Below, piece after piece: positions 11,376 through 23,200 of a stretch of DNA of 64,000 nt (its first letter is position 1; every line of letters starts with the position of its first letter). The position numbers were made by a program, and so were the translations under genes. Under the pieces are notes generated by a model, which worked only from the letters and a program-made list of their open reading frames with translations, made no database searches and was not told the origin of the DNA. The DNA is taken from positions 558,001-622,000 of the forward strand of contig PDIP01000003.1 of NCBI GenBank assembly GCA_002811645.1. The letters are read 5' to 3'. This DNA comes from Corallochytrium limacisporum Hawaii. Taxonomy: Eukaryota; Protista; Pluriformea.

Positions 11376-12302
11376 TCAGTAAATATAGAGATTTCTTGAC
11401 TCGAGATAGTCCTTGGCGAACCGGCGTCCATCCAGGGTAGGCTGGGCAAACGCAAGATCCAGGCGCAGGTTTGTTCCTTTGATGCAGCCGAACTCCACCT
11501 CTGCAGCTCTTAGAAGCCTTCTGGCGATGCCATGTCTCCGGGCTGTGCTGGGTACCCAAATGCGTGATACACCAAGAAACATCTTGGTCACCGGATTGGC
11601 TTTGTTGTACAGAAGAGCCTCGTCACTGGTTATGCTTTCAGGGTTGAGAATTTCAAAGGCCTTCCGGACTGGCTCCAGAACGAGGCAACCGATCACTGTC
11701 TTGTTGCGGATACAAAGCGCGTAGTGGTAGCGCTGCCCGGGTACAAGTGAAGGTGATCCAAGCTGCTTATTTACATGTTCATGAATCTCCTTGCAGCGAG
11801 AAATCCAGCGGCGATTATCTTTCGGATACACCGCTACAATGTACTCTGATGAGTCCGTGTTAGTGTTGCTCCATATTATACGCTGAGCAAGCCACCCGGG
11901 AAAGCGAATGACAGTCTCGGAGTGGTACTGTCGATGCACATCGTCATCCACACCAACATTGTAGGTCATACCACAGTCTGGACAGGTCTTTGCACCTATC
12001 TCCTTCTGGCCGGCGTCGATGATCCATTGGTCCGCATTATTTTTCAACTTTGTTGACTTTGGTCGGCGGCCAACCTTCTTTACTTTGTTAGGTGCTTCCG
12101 ATCGTCCTGCCTTCGGTTTCTGATGCGGAGTGTTCAGCCATCCAACCAGGGTCCTTCTCTTCTTTTCGGGATCAACCGGACTGCCAGTGTTTTTCACATC
12201 TTTCAAAGGCTTCCGTTGCGGTAGTGCCTGTAAGTCATCAGCCTTTCGGGGTTCCCCAAACACTGCGTCCCACTTCGATGTGGCCTGATCTATTGTTGAC
12301 AT
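11376..12302 (-). CDS. ECO1: cohesin acetyltransferase ECO1/ESCO
   Basis: QWIIDAGQK motif, C2H2 finger CPDCGMTY...H..YH, GNAT motifs GVSRIWV...RRHGIARRLL and AFAQPTLDG. Confidence 0.92.
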   Translation of the reverse strand: MSTIDQATSKWDAVFGEPRKADDLQALPQRKPLKDVKNTGSPVDPEKKRRTLVGWLNTPHQKPKAGRSEAPNKVKKVGRRPKSTKLKNNADQWIIDAGQKEIGAKTCPDCGMTYNVGVDDDVHRQYHSETVIRFPGWLAQRIIWSNTNTDSSEYIVAVYPKDNRRWISRCKEIHEHVNKQLGSPSLVPGQRYHYALCIRNKTVIGCLVLEPVRKAFEILNPESITSDEALLYNKANPVTKMFLGVSRIWVPSTARRHGIARRLLRAAEVEFGCIKGTNLRLDLAFAQPTLDGRRFAKDYLESRNLYIY

Positions 12303-12503
12303 GGTTTCTGTTGCGGTCTCTGCAGAATGTCCGATAATTCAATGTACAGTGCACAGAGGAAGAGTCTGAAATACTCGTCATGGGTCCCTACCTTACACTG
12401 TTGATATACTTATGTCGAATAGGCCTGATATTCTCGACAGTGTCCGACTGGTTTTTGACCCAGTAAGAGTCCACCAGGAAATTGCACTCGCACTCACATT
12501 TTT

Positions 12504-12526
12504 TTCAAACAGTCGGCGCGCGAAAA
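12504..12526 (-). promoter_or_regulatory. E2F/CDE-N4-CHR (DREAM-like) element upstream of ECO1
   Basis: The minus strand reads TTTTCGCGCGCCG-ACTG-TTTGAA, about 200 bp upstream of the ECO1 ATG in sense orientation. Confidence 0.5.
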
Positions 12527-13111
12527 GACCCATTTCTGCGCCAAATATTGATTTAATTGAGGCCCCCACCATGCAGTATTTTCATTATAGGAGACACGGT
12601 TGACGTCCTCAACTCCATACATTCAATACCGAATCTGGCCCGGGGATGGTCTCTGTCCTCATTGTTATTTGTCTTCTCCGGCCTCACTTGGGCCCCTACT
12701 GAAACTACTTTAAAATCGGCCCCGGAACACTCCGTTGTGAAACTGAAGGATTGGGAATCAGTTTCCACGAACACTAGTGACAGACGGGCATAAAGTGAAG
12801 TAAGGAAGATAGCAAGCACACTTGCCCCCTGACCTTGTGGCGGGACGAGAGGGAGATAGTATGAACTGAACAGAGAGGGCTTTCTCCAGGGGGCTTGCTT
12901 CCAGGACGTCTGTGTGTACGCATTGGTTTTGGGAACACAGAGAGATTACTGATAGGAGATTTTACAACTGGTAGAGACACATATAGCATTAGTAAATAAT
13001 GTATTTCAACCGCGCGACTGTGGAACCTGAGACGTTCGGACATTCGAGATTCTACACGCCGGTCATCGAGTGTTGAGGTGAGAAAATACTCTTCGTTCGG
13101 ATACATCAAAG

Positions 13112-14593
13112 ATGCCGAACATTACCGCAGACTGGCGCCCTAAGGTCGCCTACTTCTACGACTCCGAAGTAGGCAATTACTACTATGGTCAGGGTCACCC
13201 TATGAAGCCGCATCGAATTCGCATGGCACACAACCTTATTTTGAATTACGGCTTGTACAAGAAAATGGAAATTTTCCGACCACACCGGGGAACATTTACT
13301 GACATGACTCGGTTCCACAGTGATTCATATGTCGAGTTCTTGCGGAGAATTATGCCAGACATTCAGGAAGAGAACAGAGCTGACATGCAGCGGTACAATG
13401 TGGGAGAGGACTGTCCTGTTTTTGACGGTCTATACGAATTTTGCCAAATTTCGGCTGGTGGTTCTATCGGTGGTGCTGTAAAGCTAAACCAGGGAACTTC
13501 TGACATTGCCATTAACTGGGCCGGTGGTCTACATCACGCCAAGAAATCCGAAGCCTCTGGTTTCTGCTACATTAATGATATCGTCTTGGCCATTTTGGAG
13601 CTGCTGAAGTATCACCAGCGGGTCCTGTATATTGACATTGATATTCACCATGGAGACGGTGTGGAAGAGGCTTTTTACACCACTGATCGTGTAATGACTG
13701 TGTCTTTTCACAAGTATGGTGAGTATTTCCCGGGTACTGGTGACATTCGTGACATTGGAGCAAAGAAAGGCAAGCACTATGCAGTAAATTTCCCCATGCG
13801 GGATGGTATTGACGACGCTGCCTATCGAGATGTCTTCCAGCCCCTCATGAAACGCATCATGGAGTGGTATGACCCTGGTGCAATTGTTCTGCAGTGTGGC
13901 GCCGACTCTTTAGCCGGAGACCGGTTGGGATGCTTCAATTTGTCCATTGATGGACACGCAGACTGTGTGCGGTACATGAAGAGTTTCAAAAAGCCTTTAC
14001 TGCTGCTCGGCGGTGGTGGGTACACCATTCGCAATGTGGCCCGATGCTGGACTTATGAGACTGCCATTGCTCTGGATACTCAGGTCAGTATTGACGTGCC
14101 CTTTAACGAGTACTTCGAGTACTACGGCCCCGAGTACAAGCTTTACGTCCCACCGTCCAACATGGAGAATCGCAACACCCCAGACTACCTACACAAGACG
14201 CTGGCCAAACTCATCGATGGTCTGCGGAATGTGGCACATGTCCCTAGCGTACAGATGCACGAGATGAATGCTCCTGAAGCGCGGGTGTCCGGACCTGCTG
14301 AGCGGGACCCCGATGAGTCTGGAGACAAAGGAAATGACGGTCGCATCGCTTGCGATGAGGAGTTGTCCGACAGCGACGACGAGAACCAGGCCCGCAACCA
14401 GCAGAACCATGGTGAGGGCAAGGTCAGCATTATGCAAGGAGACAAGGGTGAAACTGATCCCGTTCCAGCTCCCACCACTGACAACAAGGAAGCCTACAAA
14501 CTGGACAAAGGAGACGTGAACGAGGACCTCGCCGCCATGGGAAATGGAAAGCCCAAAGATGGCATGGACGTTGACTCGAAGCCCGAGGCCTAA
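13112..14593 (+). CDS. HDAC1: class I histone deacetylase (HDAC1/2, RPD3)
   Basis: [69 protein letters not shown]; the C-tail [13 protein letters not shown] resembles the HDAC1/2 IACEE/CK2 motif. Confidence 0.97.
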   Translation: MPNITADWRPKVAYFYDSEVGNYYYGQGHPMKPHRIRMAHNLILNYGLYKKMEIFRPHRGTFTDMTRFHSDSYVEFLRRIMPDIQEENRADMQRYNVGEDCPVFDGLYEFCQISAGGSIGGAVKLNQGTSDIAINWAGGLHHAKKSEASGFCYINDIVLAILELLKYHQRVLYIDIDIHHGDGVEEAFYTTDRVMTVSFHKYGEYFPGTGDIRDIGAKKGKHYAVNFPMRDGIDDAAYRDVFQPLMKRIMEWYDPGAIVLQCGADSLAGDRLGCFNLSIDGHADCVRYMKSFKKPLLLLGGGGYTIRNVARCWTYETAIALDTQVSIDVPFNEYFEYYGPEYKLYVPPSNMENRNTPDYLHKTLAKLIDGLRNVAHVPSVQMHEMNAPEARVSGPAERDPDESGDKGNDGRIACDEELSDSDDENQARNQQNHGEGKVSIMQGDKGETDPVPAPTTDNKEAYKLDKGDVNEDLAAMGNGKPKDGMDVDSKPEA

Positions 14594-14670
14594 ACTTTTC
14601 AGAAATACATAATTACATTCCATTCCTCTTCTTATACAACATCTTGCTGTTGTTCACGCATTTAGGATAT

Positions 14671-15531
14671 TTAATCTCCCTCTGGCTCTTGGTCTCCGTC
14701 TACAGCATGTCTACACCACGGTGTAAGGAATTCATCACAGTGCAGCAGGACTTGGTAATGGATCACTGGGTAACCGTTGACAATCAGCTCAGTCTCTTCC
14801 TTCACCGTGTACGCAACATTATGTAGCCCAGTATCCGTGTCAAGGACTTTGAAGAGTTTGTCCTGTCCGTATGGTCTGCTTTTGTCACGAGGTCTCTCCT
14901 CTCCGTGGATGTGAATCCAACTGGTTTCTTTGCTAGAGCCGTCAATGGCAATGGGAGGCCTTTCCCACTCGAGTTCAAGCTCGAAGCTCCGGAGCCGGAA
15001 TTCATCGTCTTCACCACCCCATCCCCAAAGTTTGTTTGTATATCCATTGAGGAGTTGGTAGTCCTTCAAACTGATGAGGTGTGCACCACCGAAGAACTTT
15101 CTAAAGGTATACTTTGGATGCAGGCCCGGTGGGGCTAAGTGCACCGGGGTTGACGGATAGGCATATGATATCCGTTGGTCTGCAGGAATAAGGTCAACGT
15201 CCTGCAGAGCAAAGTAGTCACACCCAACCTCTATCCCTCTCCGTACTCCTACGTTTAGTAGTGCACCTCGATTAAATCTGTATTCATCCTGCTGATCTAC
15301 AATCACAATCGTCGGTACGATGCCTTGCTTGAATAAGAAGTTGTGGATGCCAGGAACGAATTCCTGGAGTTCCAGGAGTCGATCTCGGAAGGGTACGATG
15401 ACGCAGAGTTTATGAAGCCTTGCATCTACATGAGGGCCCCTCAAGATCAGCAAGATTAAGGCCGCCGCCAGGAGTAGGAATATAATGCGTTCATGTCGCC
15501 GCCGTATGAATGGAACCCCTTTTGAACTCAT
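14671..15531 (-). CDS. B4GALT7: xylosylprotein beta-1,4-galactosyltransferase (GT7, B4GALT7-like)
   Basis: Type II TM anchor, HKLCVIVPFRDR, FNRGALLNVG, QDVDL, LHPKY, WGWGGEDDEF, C-terminal LHCD...TPWC typical of B4GALT7. First ATG is 15531 (ORF-track 15546 is TTG). Confidence 0.88.
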   Translation of the reverse strand: MSSKGVPFIRRRHERIIFLLLAAALILLILRGPHVDARLHKLCVIVPFRDRLLELQEFVPGIHNFLFKQGIVPTIVIVDQQDEYRFNRGALLNVGVRRGIEVGCDYFALQDVDLIPADQRISYAYPSTPVHLAPPGLHPKYTFRKFFGGAHLISLKDYQLLNGYTNKLWGWGGEDDEFRLRSFELELEWERPPIAIDGSSKETSWIHIHGEERPRDKSRPYGQDKLFKVLDTDTGLHNVAYTVKEETELIVNGYPVIHYQVLLHCDEFLTPWCRHAVDGDQEPEGD

Positions 15532-16024
15532 GAGAGTGACATCCAAACTATCAGTATAACCCCAAGCTGTACTCTAACACATCATGGTCCCATTCACAAC
15601 ACGAAAGTCCAAAGTTTCTACGAAATCCCTGTTTGACATGCCTGAAGGACCCGGAATCAACTTAGCAGCCCAGGCCTTTGGCACTTTAGTTTCCGTCCGG
15701 CTCGGCTGCTGTCCCTCTCGGGCTACCCACCTACCCGAACTGGTCGCTGAACTCTCGCCAAGACTGGAAAGGAAACCTGGAATACGTTTCGTTTAAAGCG
15801 CACGAAAATTTCCGCCCCCTTACAAAGCAACAGATCCGTGTGAGTTTGGATTCGACGGGAGGGTGGGGCACGGCTACTAAAACGAAAACCCTAGCTGAAC
15901 CTGAATCGGTGGCCAACTTCGCGAGACATTTATTGCACGACGGGCACACATGTGGTAAGATCACAACATGTAAGATAGAACATATGATGGGGCGAATTCG
16001 CTCTTCGATTAAAACGAAATCATA

Positions 16025-19000
16025 ATGAAACTTGCATTGCAGCCTTTGGTTCAGTACGGGCCTGCATTCAAAGGGCCCCCAAAGAAATATGCTGTGCAGC
16101 CTGCTGACGGGTTGACACTACTCTGCTATGACGATGAAGTTTTGCTGCTTCAGGGTGACAATAATCTATTGTACAGAACCGGGGTGTATATGCCAGTCAC
16201 AGCATGCACCATCTTCAAGGTCATTCTTCCCGGAGGAAGGAGACCAGGTAGCATGCACGCCAACCTTGCTGTGTTTACAATATCCAGTGGGCAGATCCGT
16301 TTTCTGGTACATGGCAAAGGATTTGGCGGAGAAGTGGGGGTGCAGGACGCGCATCCCATGTCAGAGCCGATACAATCCCTCACTCTCACATCCACGTTGA
16401 AGAATGAAGGCGTAGGAGACCTGGTTGCAACCTATGCAGACGGTAGTTTGGTTGTGTGGCCGGCATCGCAGCTGACTAGTTTTGTGCAGGTCCTGGTGGT
16501 TGCAAAAGGACAGGAAGTTAACCCAGCGCAAATGGACTGTCGTAAACTGAAAGGATTTGTGCAAGACTCTACGTCTGATGTTGCAGATAGCGCCATCTTA
16601 GGGACTGAGCTCCGTTCACCGCTCGAAATTCTGATTAACAACGACGCAAAGAAGGCGCGGATTGCGATGTCGTCAACGGAAAATTCTTCAAGGCTAGGCT
16701 ACCATGTGTTCTCTGCAGGCAATAAGCCGCTCTTTTCACTTACTGCATTCGACGAGAGGCGATCGTCAAACGTTTTGGGCAATCTCGCAAAAGGAGTCAC
16801 AGGAGCGCTCAGTGGCGCTCTGACCAGCTTCTGGGGTGGTACTGGTGGTATCCAAGCTCAGGAAGAAGAGAAGAAAGAGATAGCTACGCAGGAAGGCAAA
16901 CTGGAATCTGGCATCGACGAACCAAAGCGTGAGGCAGTATTTGTGTCTGTGAGCCCCTCATCCAAGTACGCGTGCGTGACGGATAACCACGGACGGCTCT
17001 TACTTGTAGATCTTGAGCATAGCATAATTGTCAGGATCTTCAAGGGATATCGCAATGCCAAAACTGGCTGGATAGAAGTCGAAGACGACCAGGGCAATGA
17101 AAATAGTTTCTCTAGACTGTTGGTTGTGCATGATGTGAATCAAAATTCCCTGGACCTGTGGGCAGCTCCCTTCGGTGACCGCGTTGAACGCATCTTCCTC
17201 AAGGCTGGGAGCGAGTTGTTCTATGCACCTCAACAGGCAACCATCGCTGTTGAGACCATGCTAGGTGCGGAGGGCAGTGAGGCTTTACGACAACTTCAGA
17301 ATGTTGACGCTTTACATAGGTCCTTCCCGGGATGCAGGGGTATAGTGACAATCGTAAGCGATGGTGGACAAGTTGGCATCGTCCGAGCAAGCTTTCAGGC
17401 TGTGCAGGCTGGATTCTCAAGCACAAGTGGAGTGGACAGAATTCGTATTAACAAGATTGCGGCAATGTGTGCATCGAAGAAAGATAGCTTTGATGTGGAC
17501 AAGATTTGTGAGTTGATCTCCGAACTGAGCAGTCCGACATCTTTGATTCGCTGTAACAACATTTGCAACAAACCCTGGGTTTCCCATGCTGATCTTCTCA
17601 AGATTCACCAAAAGGCCATTGAAACCAGCCATTCTATGCCTTTGACAGACGTTGCGGCGGCACGCACGGTCCTGCAGTGCCGTGCATCTTTAATTGAATG
17701 GTACCAAATGTTGATTGAAGCAAGTGAGTGCACCACCGAGGTGCCACTTGAGACGCTGACTGAACCGGAGGATACCCAGCAAATTCCTCCGGCGACCCTT
17801 GTTGCTGTTGCTGTCCAATTTGGGGATGGAGAAAGACTGTCGGTGAAGTTGCCTACGGTCATCGAATTCCTCAACGTCTTTGATATTTTCGCCGACAATG
17901 AATCAACATATCCGATTCGCGTACTTGGTGACATGAAGGTACTGGGCTGTCACCTGCTCCATTGTATGGACCCGGAATTGTTCATGGCTGCAGTGAAGAC
18001 CGGTATTCAGCCGGTGGATGTCGCACAGATCCTTTTGGTTGGCTGCCTGGCCCTAACAGGGCCTAAAGACTATCTGGAGATGCGCTTCCATTGGGCATAT
18101 AGCATGATGACCAAACTGATGCCAGAGGTGTCATCCCAGGAGGATGATGGAGCGTTTAAGAGTCTTTTGAGGGCCACTAATGAAGGCTTGGCTGACGGAA
18201 ACCCGGCAATTGGTCACGCCTTATTGGTGCTCCTGCAAGGACAAGTAGCGAAACCGATGGCGAATATGCTTTCTGGTCTTTGCATATCCACTCGGCTGGC
18301 CACGGCTCTATATGCTGTGACCAGGGACACGGCCATCGCTGCGCCGTTGAGTCGTGTGGAAGTCCACGAGAAGCTTGTTAGTTACTTTATTGGCCGCATC
18401 GATGAACTCACGGTACTGAAGGACAATTCGGATGCAGCCAGTACATCATGGGCTTTTGAGATTGTGTCTTCATTCGTCGACTGGGAGGCATTCTATGCTA
18501 TCTTGATCAAGGAAACTGTGGATGTTGCGGAAGATGGCAAGATTAAGACTCTCCTGGCCGTGCTCGAGGATTTGATGGGGGATAAGATACCGGGATTACG
18601 CACTGGCAAATACGTTATGGTGTCTGGATGTGGCATCTTTCGCAAGTGCATCCGACCCCTCTTGTCATCCTACGCAGATCTCGTGCATAAGATCAGCAAG
18701 CCCCTAGGTGCTACTTTGCTGAAAACCCGTTTCGATGCCTCTCCGGAGGATATTGATCGCTTCCTCGCTTTGACGGAGCAGTTTCTGGTCCGATTGCTGA
18801 ACCACAAGAGACGTGCGCAAGGAGACGTTCCTGATCCAGCCAACTTCTATAGCGACGTCCTTGCAATAGTACAATCGAGAGACTGCCAGTGTGATCAGGA
18901 TGTCATGCATCTGGGCATTTTGAAGGGCATTCAGACCCGAGTGAAGGCTCTCATTCTGATCAAACGACTGAAGATAATGTGCGTTCGATTTGGAAATCTT

Positions 19001-19540
19001 TTTGACGAAGGCTCGAGACCTGCTTTCCCTTCGGCACTGTGCATCGAGCATGGCGTGCTCTCCGTCACCGTACAACCCAATGCCAACAGTCATCTGTTCA
19101 TCAAGGCCTGCCTCTTAGCAGGCGCCGATTTTGACGAAATTGAGTGGTTTATTCGCATGTATGATATTGCGCGTGAGAATTTGATGGGCCCGGCCCTGGT
19201 GGCGTTACTGGTTCGCGACCCAGAGACACCAGTTCAGAAGCTTGTAACCCGCAGTGAGCAGCTCTGCGGGGGCAGCAAGCTCCTCGAGGCAAAGGGCCAC
19301 GTCGCCAATGTACATAATCTCTTCGTCCGTTTGAAAGGTGGTTCTGGGGACGACTCGGTGCTCCCTCAGCCTGTGGCTGCCCTTAACGATGAGCCTCTCC
19401 CCACATACAATGAATATCTCCGGGCGATTTCCGTCTCATCGACGACTCCCGGTACTGAGGATGGCAGCCAATCCATCCCCAAGGCTGTGTTCGAACGTCT
19501 AGTCGAGGCGTACGGTCTGCTGCAGGTTAGTGAGTACTAA
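16025..19540 (+). CDS. RAB3GAP2: Rab3 GTPase-activating protein non-catalytic subunit
   Basis: Signature D.KREA....SP.....VTDNHGRLLLVD....IVRIFKGYRNAK.GW of RAB3GAP2_N; 1171 aa. Confidence 0.85.
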   Translation: MKLALQPLVQYGPAFKGPPKKYAVQPADGLTLLCYDDEVLLLQGDNNLLYRTGVYMPVTACTIFKVILPGGRRPGSMHANLAVFTISSGQIRFLVHGKGFGGEVGVQDAHPMSEPIQSLTLTSTLKNEGVGDLVATYADGSLVVWPASQLTSFVQVLVVAKGQEVNPAQMDCRKLKGFVQDSTSDVADSAILGTELRSPLEILINNDAKKARIAMSSTENSSRLGYHVFSAGNKPLFSLTAFDERRSSNVLGNLAKGVTGALSGALTSFWGGTGGIQAQEEEKKEIATQEGKLESGIDEPKREAVFVSVSPSSKYACVTDNHGRLLLVDLEHSIIVRIFKGYRNAKTGWIEVEDDQGNENSFSRLLVVHDVNQNSLDLWAAPFGDRVERIFLKAGSELFYAPQQATIAVETMLGAEGSEALRQLQNVDALHRSFPGCRGIVTIVSDGGQVGIVRASFQAVQAGFSSTSGVDRIRINKIAAMCASKKDSFDVDKICELISELSSPTSLIRCNNICNKPWVSHADLLKIHQKAIETSHSMPLTDVAAARTVLQCRASLIEWYQMLIEASECTTEVPLETLTEPEDTQQIPPATLVAVAVQFGDGERLSVKLPTVIEFLNVFDIFADNESTYPIRVLGDMKVLGCHLLHCMDPELFMAAVKTGIQPVDVAQILLVGCLALTGPKDYLEMRFHWAYSMMTKLMPEVSSQEDDGAFKSLLRATNEGLADGNPAIGHALLVLLQGQVAKPMANMLSGLCISTRLATALYAVTRDTAIAAPLSRVEVHEKLVSYFIGRIDELTVLKDNSDAASTSWAFEIVSSFVDWEAFYAILIKETVDVAEDGKIKTLLAVLEDLMGDKIPGLRTGKYVMVSGCGIFRKCIRPLLSSYADLVHKISKPLGATLLKTRFDASPEDIDRFLALTEQFLVRLLNHKRRAQGDVPDPANFYSDVLAIVQSRDCQCDQDVMHLGILKGIQTRVKALILIKRLKIMCVRFGNLFDEGSRPAFPSALCIEHGVLSVTVQPNANSHLFIKACLLAGADFDEIEWFIRMYDIARENLMGPALVALLVRDPETPVQKLVTRSEQLCGGSKLLEAKGHVANVHNLFVRLKGGSGDDSVLPQPVAALNDEPLPTYNEYLRAISVSSTTPGTEDGSQSIPKAVFERLVEAYGLLQVSEY

Positions 19541-19696
19541 TAGATAGCGATGCAATGAAAGACATGGTCATTCACAAAGATTGTGAGTTGCCGTATAGTG
19601 CCTGTAAATCCGCGCCTCTCTCTCTCTCTCTCCCTCCCCCCTTGTGACGGCCCCGTGAGTTTCCACGTTTTCTTACAAACTGAAACTCCCCCGACC

Positions 19697-19705
19697 TTTC
19701 GCGCC
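19697..19705 (+). promoter_or_regulatory. E2F-type site upstream of ATAD2
   Basis: TTTCGCGCC about 500 bp upstream of the ATAD2 ATG; no clear CHR partner. Confidence 0.3.
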
Positions 19706-20211
19706 ATCACTTGCTCACCTTTGCGTCTAGGTCGTTTGTTCCGGGGCAAACCAAAAAAAACACATCCGAGATCAATACAGGAAAAAGAAGGACAAACGCG
19801 CCTGGTTGGCGCACAAGCAGCCGGCCCTGCTCTTAGGGACAACTTACACCTCGAGACTTTTGGAACCTCTTCGTTTGGCCACAGCGTCCCTATGTTCAGT
19901 ATAGTGCAAGGCACTGGGTTTCCAGCACACTGGAACTTCCGCCTCCGCCCTTCTCGGGCGGGGCATGTGTAGGATGGCACTCGGGTTTGTGGGTGTTGCA
20001 CAGGTCTTGTGCGGTCTCATCCAGTTTCAAGTCCAACTGTCTGGTCCCACCCATATCCTCCGTTAATTGCTTGTGGAGTTTTGAAGTTGCTGTAGTGGTA
20101 TTTGATTTGCACGGAGGACAGGCTGTGACCCTTTGTGATACTGAGGAGGCGTACGATAAGACTTGAGGACGTCGGCCATAGTGAACTGCCATGTGAGGCT
20201 CAATTGAGATC

Positions 20212-23200
20212 ATGAGCCCAGTAGCACTGCCTATCGAGGACGACATGATGGACGGTCCAGAGCGCCGACACTCGCGCCGCTTGACAATAAAGGAGCATTC
20301 TAAGGAAGAATTGGGCGGCGAAGATCAGGACGAGCAGTCAGTCGCTGAAAACGGAATGGAGCACGACAGTGACGAGCCGGGTGAGCAGGTCCGTCGCAGC
20401 GGTAGAAATAAGCGCTTGCGATATGAGACTCTGAATATCGATCGCATAGAGAAGAAGTTCCGACACGCAGAAATTGAGGAAGAGGAAATAGCAGGAAGAC
20501 GCGGACGTAGAGGAAGAGGCCGGTATGCCAGCAAGCAGCAGTATTCAAGCGATGAGGAGGAAGAGGAAGAGGAGGAAGAGGAGAGTGAACCGGAGACAGA
20601 GTATGAAGAGGTCGTCTTGGAACCCACGCGACCTGGCCTAAGACCCCGTCGCATTTTAGTGCGCAAGGACCCTGAGGGTGACGAAGACCACGACGACGAG
20701 GGTCATGAGAACGAAGACGGGGAGAAAAACTATAATCTCAGAAGGAGACGCGCCCAGGTGGAACGTTACGCCCCGGAACCCAGGCAGGAAGACCACTTTG
20801 AGCCAAGGAGTCGCGGACGAGGTCGTCCTCGGACCCGTCGAGAGTCGGACCGAAGTGTGCACGTCCCCAGGCGTGGTCGCCCTGGAGCTTCCTCGCGATA
20901 CTATAACGAACGTCGTGGCCGATCCCGGGACGACCGCAGAAGCAGACGCCGGGACCATGATAGTGACGCGAGCGATGATGACGATGTCTGGTTCGAAAAG
21001 AAGCAGGCACGGTCAATTTTGAAGCGCCTTAAGGAGTTTGCGCCGGTCAATTTCAATAAATTGCTGCAAGATGACCACGGAGGGCACCGCCTGGACCTCG
21101 TGAAGGAGCGCATGAACAATCCGAGCAATGCTCAGCCTATGGATATTGACAAGAATGTAACATTCAAGGACATTGGTGGCCTGGACAATGTGATTCAGGC
21201 ATTGAAGGAAACTGCCATTCTGCCGTTACTGTACGATGATTTCTTTCAGGCATTCAATGTCAAGCCACCAAGAGGACTTCTCCTGGCAGGTCCCCCTGGT
21301 ACCGGCAAGACTCTGGCTGCCCGAGCCCTGGCCAACGAATGCAATATCAACGGGAAGAGCGTAGCATTTTTTCTACGGAAAGGAGCTGATGTCTTAAGCA
21401 AGTGGGTGGGAGAGAGTGAGCGACAATTGCGACTGCTCTTTGAACAGGCCTATGCCATGAGGCCCTCTATCATCTTCTTCGATGAGATCGATGGCCTGGC
21501 CCCTGCTCGGTCGGGTCGCACCGATCAGATGCACAATAGTGTTGTCAGCACTCTGCTGGCCCTCATGGATGGTATGGATGATCGTGGGCAGGTTATCATA
21601 ATCGGGGCGACCAATCGTGTCGAGTCGTTGGACCCTGCCCTCCGTCGCCCTGGTCGTTTTGACCGCGAGATTAAGTTCCAACTTCCGAGCTTGCGGCAGA
21701 GGGAAGCGATCATTCGCATACACACCAAGACGTGGAACCCTCCTCTCAGCGATAGTCTCGTGCGGGCTATGGCACTGCGTACACACCAATACTCGGGAGC
21801 AGATATCAAGGCCTTGGTCAGTGATATAGCCCTTCGTGCCCTGAGGCGCTCCTTCCCTCAGATCTATGACTCTACCAAACGCCTCAAGATCAACCTCAGG
21901 ACTGTACGCCCCACTCTGGAGGACTTCACACTGGCCTTGCATAGCTACACTCCAAACTATCATCGAGTGCACACAAACGTACCGAAGCTACCGTCCCCGC
22001 GCATGCGATGCCTGTTCTCAGATGGTCTAAAGGCAACTCTTGAGTATGTAGAGGAAATCCGGAATCTGCACAGTCTTGGGAACGCCCTCGCCACTTCTGC
22101 CGGTGATAGGCCTGAGTTCATGGGTGTTCTTGGAGAGGCGATGGACAGTGGTGCTCAGGCTATTGATGCACAGCATTCATCCTATGGAGCTGCGAATCGT
22201 AAGGCGTTGAGTGTACAGGATCTGGACGGAGTCTTCGATAGTGCTCGGTCAGCGCAGAATCTTAGGATGCCAAGAATTATATATCTGGTGAACGAATATG
22301 CTTCATCTAGTCACTGCGCTGATGTGACTGGGATGAATACGGTACTTGCCCCAATAATCATGAACGAATTCACAGATCATCGGATTGTGACCATTGATGC
22401 ACATACACTGTATGCAGATCCACACATTACGACCGCCGAAGAGGCAATTGTCTCCGTTTTCCGAGGTGTCACAGACGACTGTGTGGTGTTCTTGCCATCC
22501 CTGGAGCAAATGTGGTCCATTCTGAGTGAAACAGCGCAGGTTCTCTTCGAGGAAGGTCTGCGTGCGCTGTCAAAATTGAAGAATTCAGTGGTTGTGGTGA
22601 CCTTCACAAGCCACGAACATGCTGGGTCCACGTTGACGAGCAGTCGTTTCTACCATGGATACCTCCGTCCAGCGCATAGGATGATTGTCGAATCCCCGAA
22701 CCGCGAAAAGCGCGTAGAGTACGCACTCGAATTGCTGGAGATCGTACAGGACCTCCCGTCTCGAATTGAAGAAGAGAAGGAACGGGCCAAGGCTCGGGAG
22801 AGCATCATTCTGGAAGAGGAAATCACTAAGGCCCAGCTCTTGCTGAATAAGGAGGACCGAGAAACGTTTGCCAAACGTGAAGAGCAAGTGCGCCGTGAAT
22901 TGCGCATCTTCTTACGTGACATCGTTCACCAACTGATGAATAAGAAGCGCTTCCGCCTGTTCATGAAGCCTCTGGTCATGAGCCAGATCCTGGCCAAGAC
23001 ACCCAACCCCACCACCGCTGTCCCCACCACGACTGCAATGGACGATGTTGGTGCCACTGGTGGCTCCGCCCTTGAGCGGACTTCATCCATGGTCGATAAC
23101 AACGATTCGAAGAGCCCAACGGCGGGCAATACAACCCTGGGTCAGCGGGAATCCCCTTTGGGGCAGCAGAATAGCCGTCCACAGTCCGCTGGTAGTGGAT

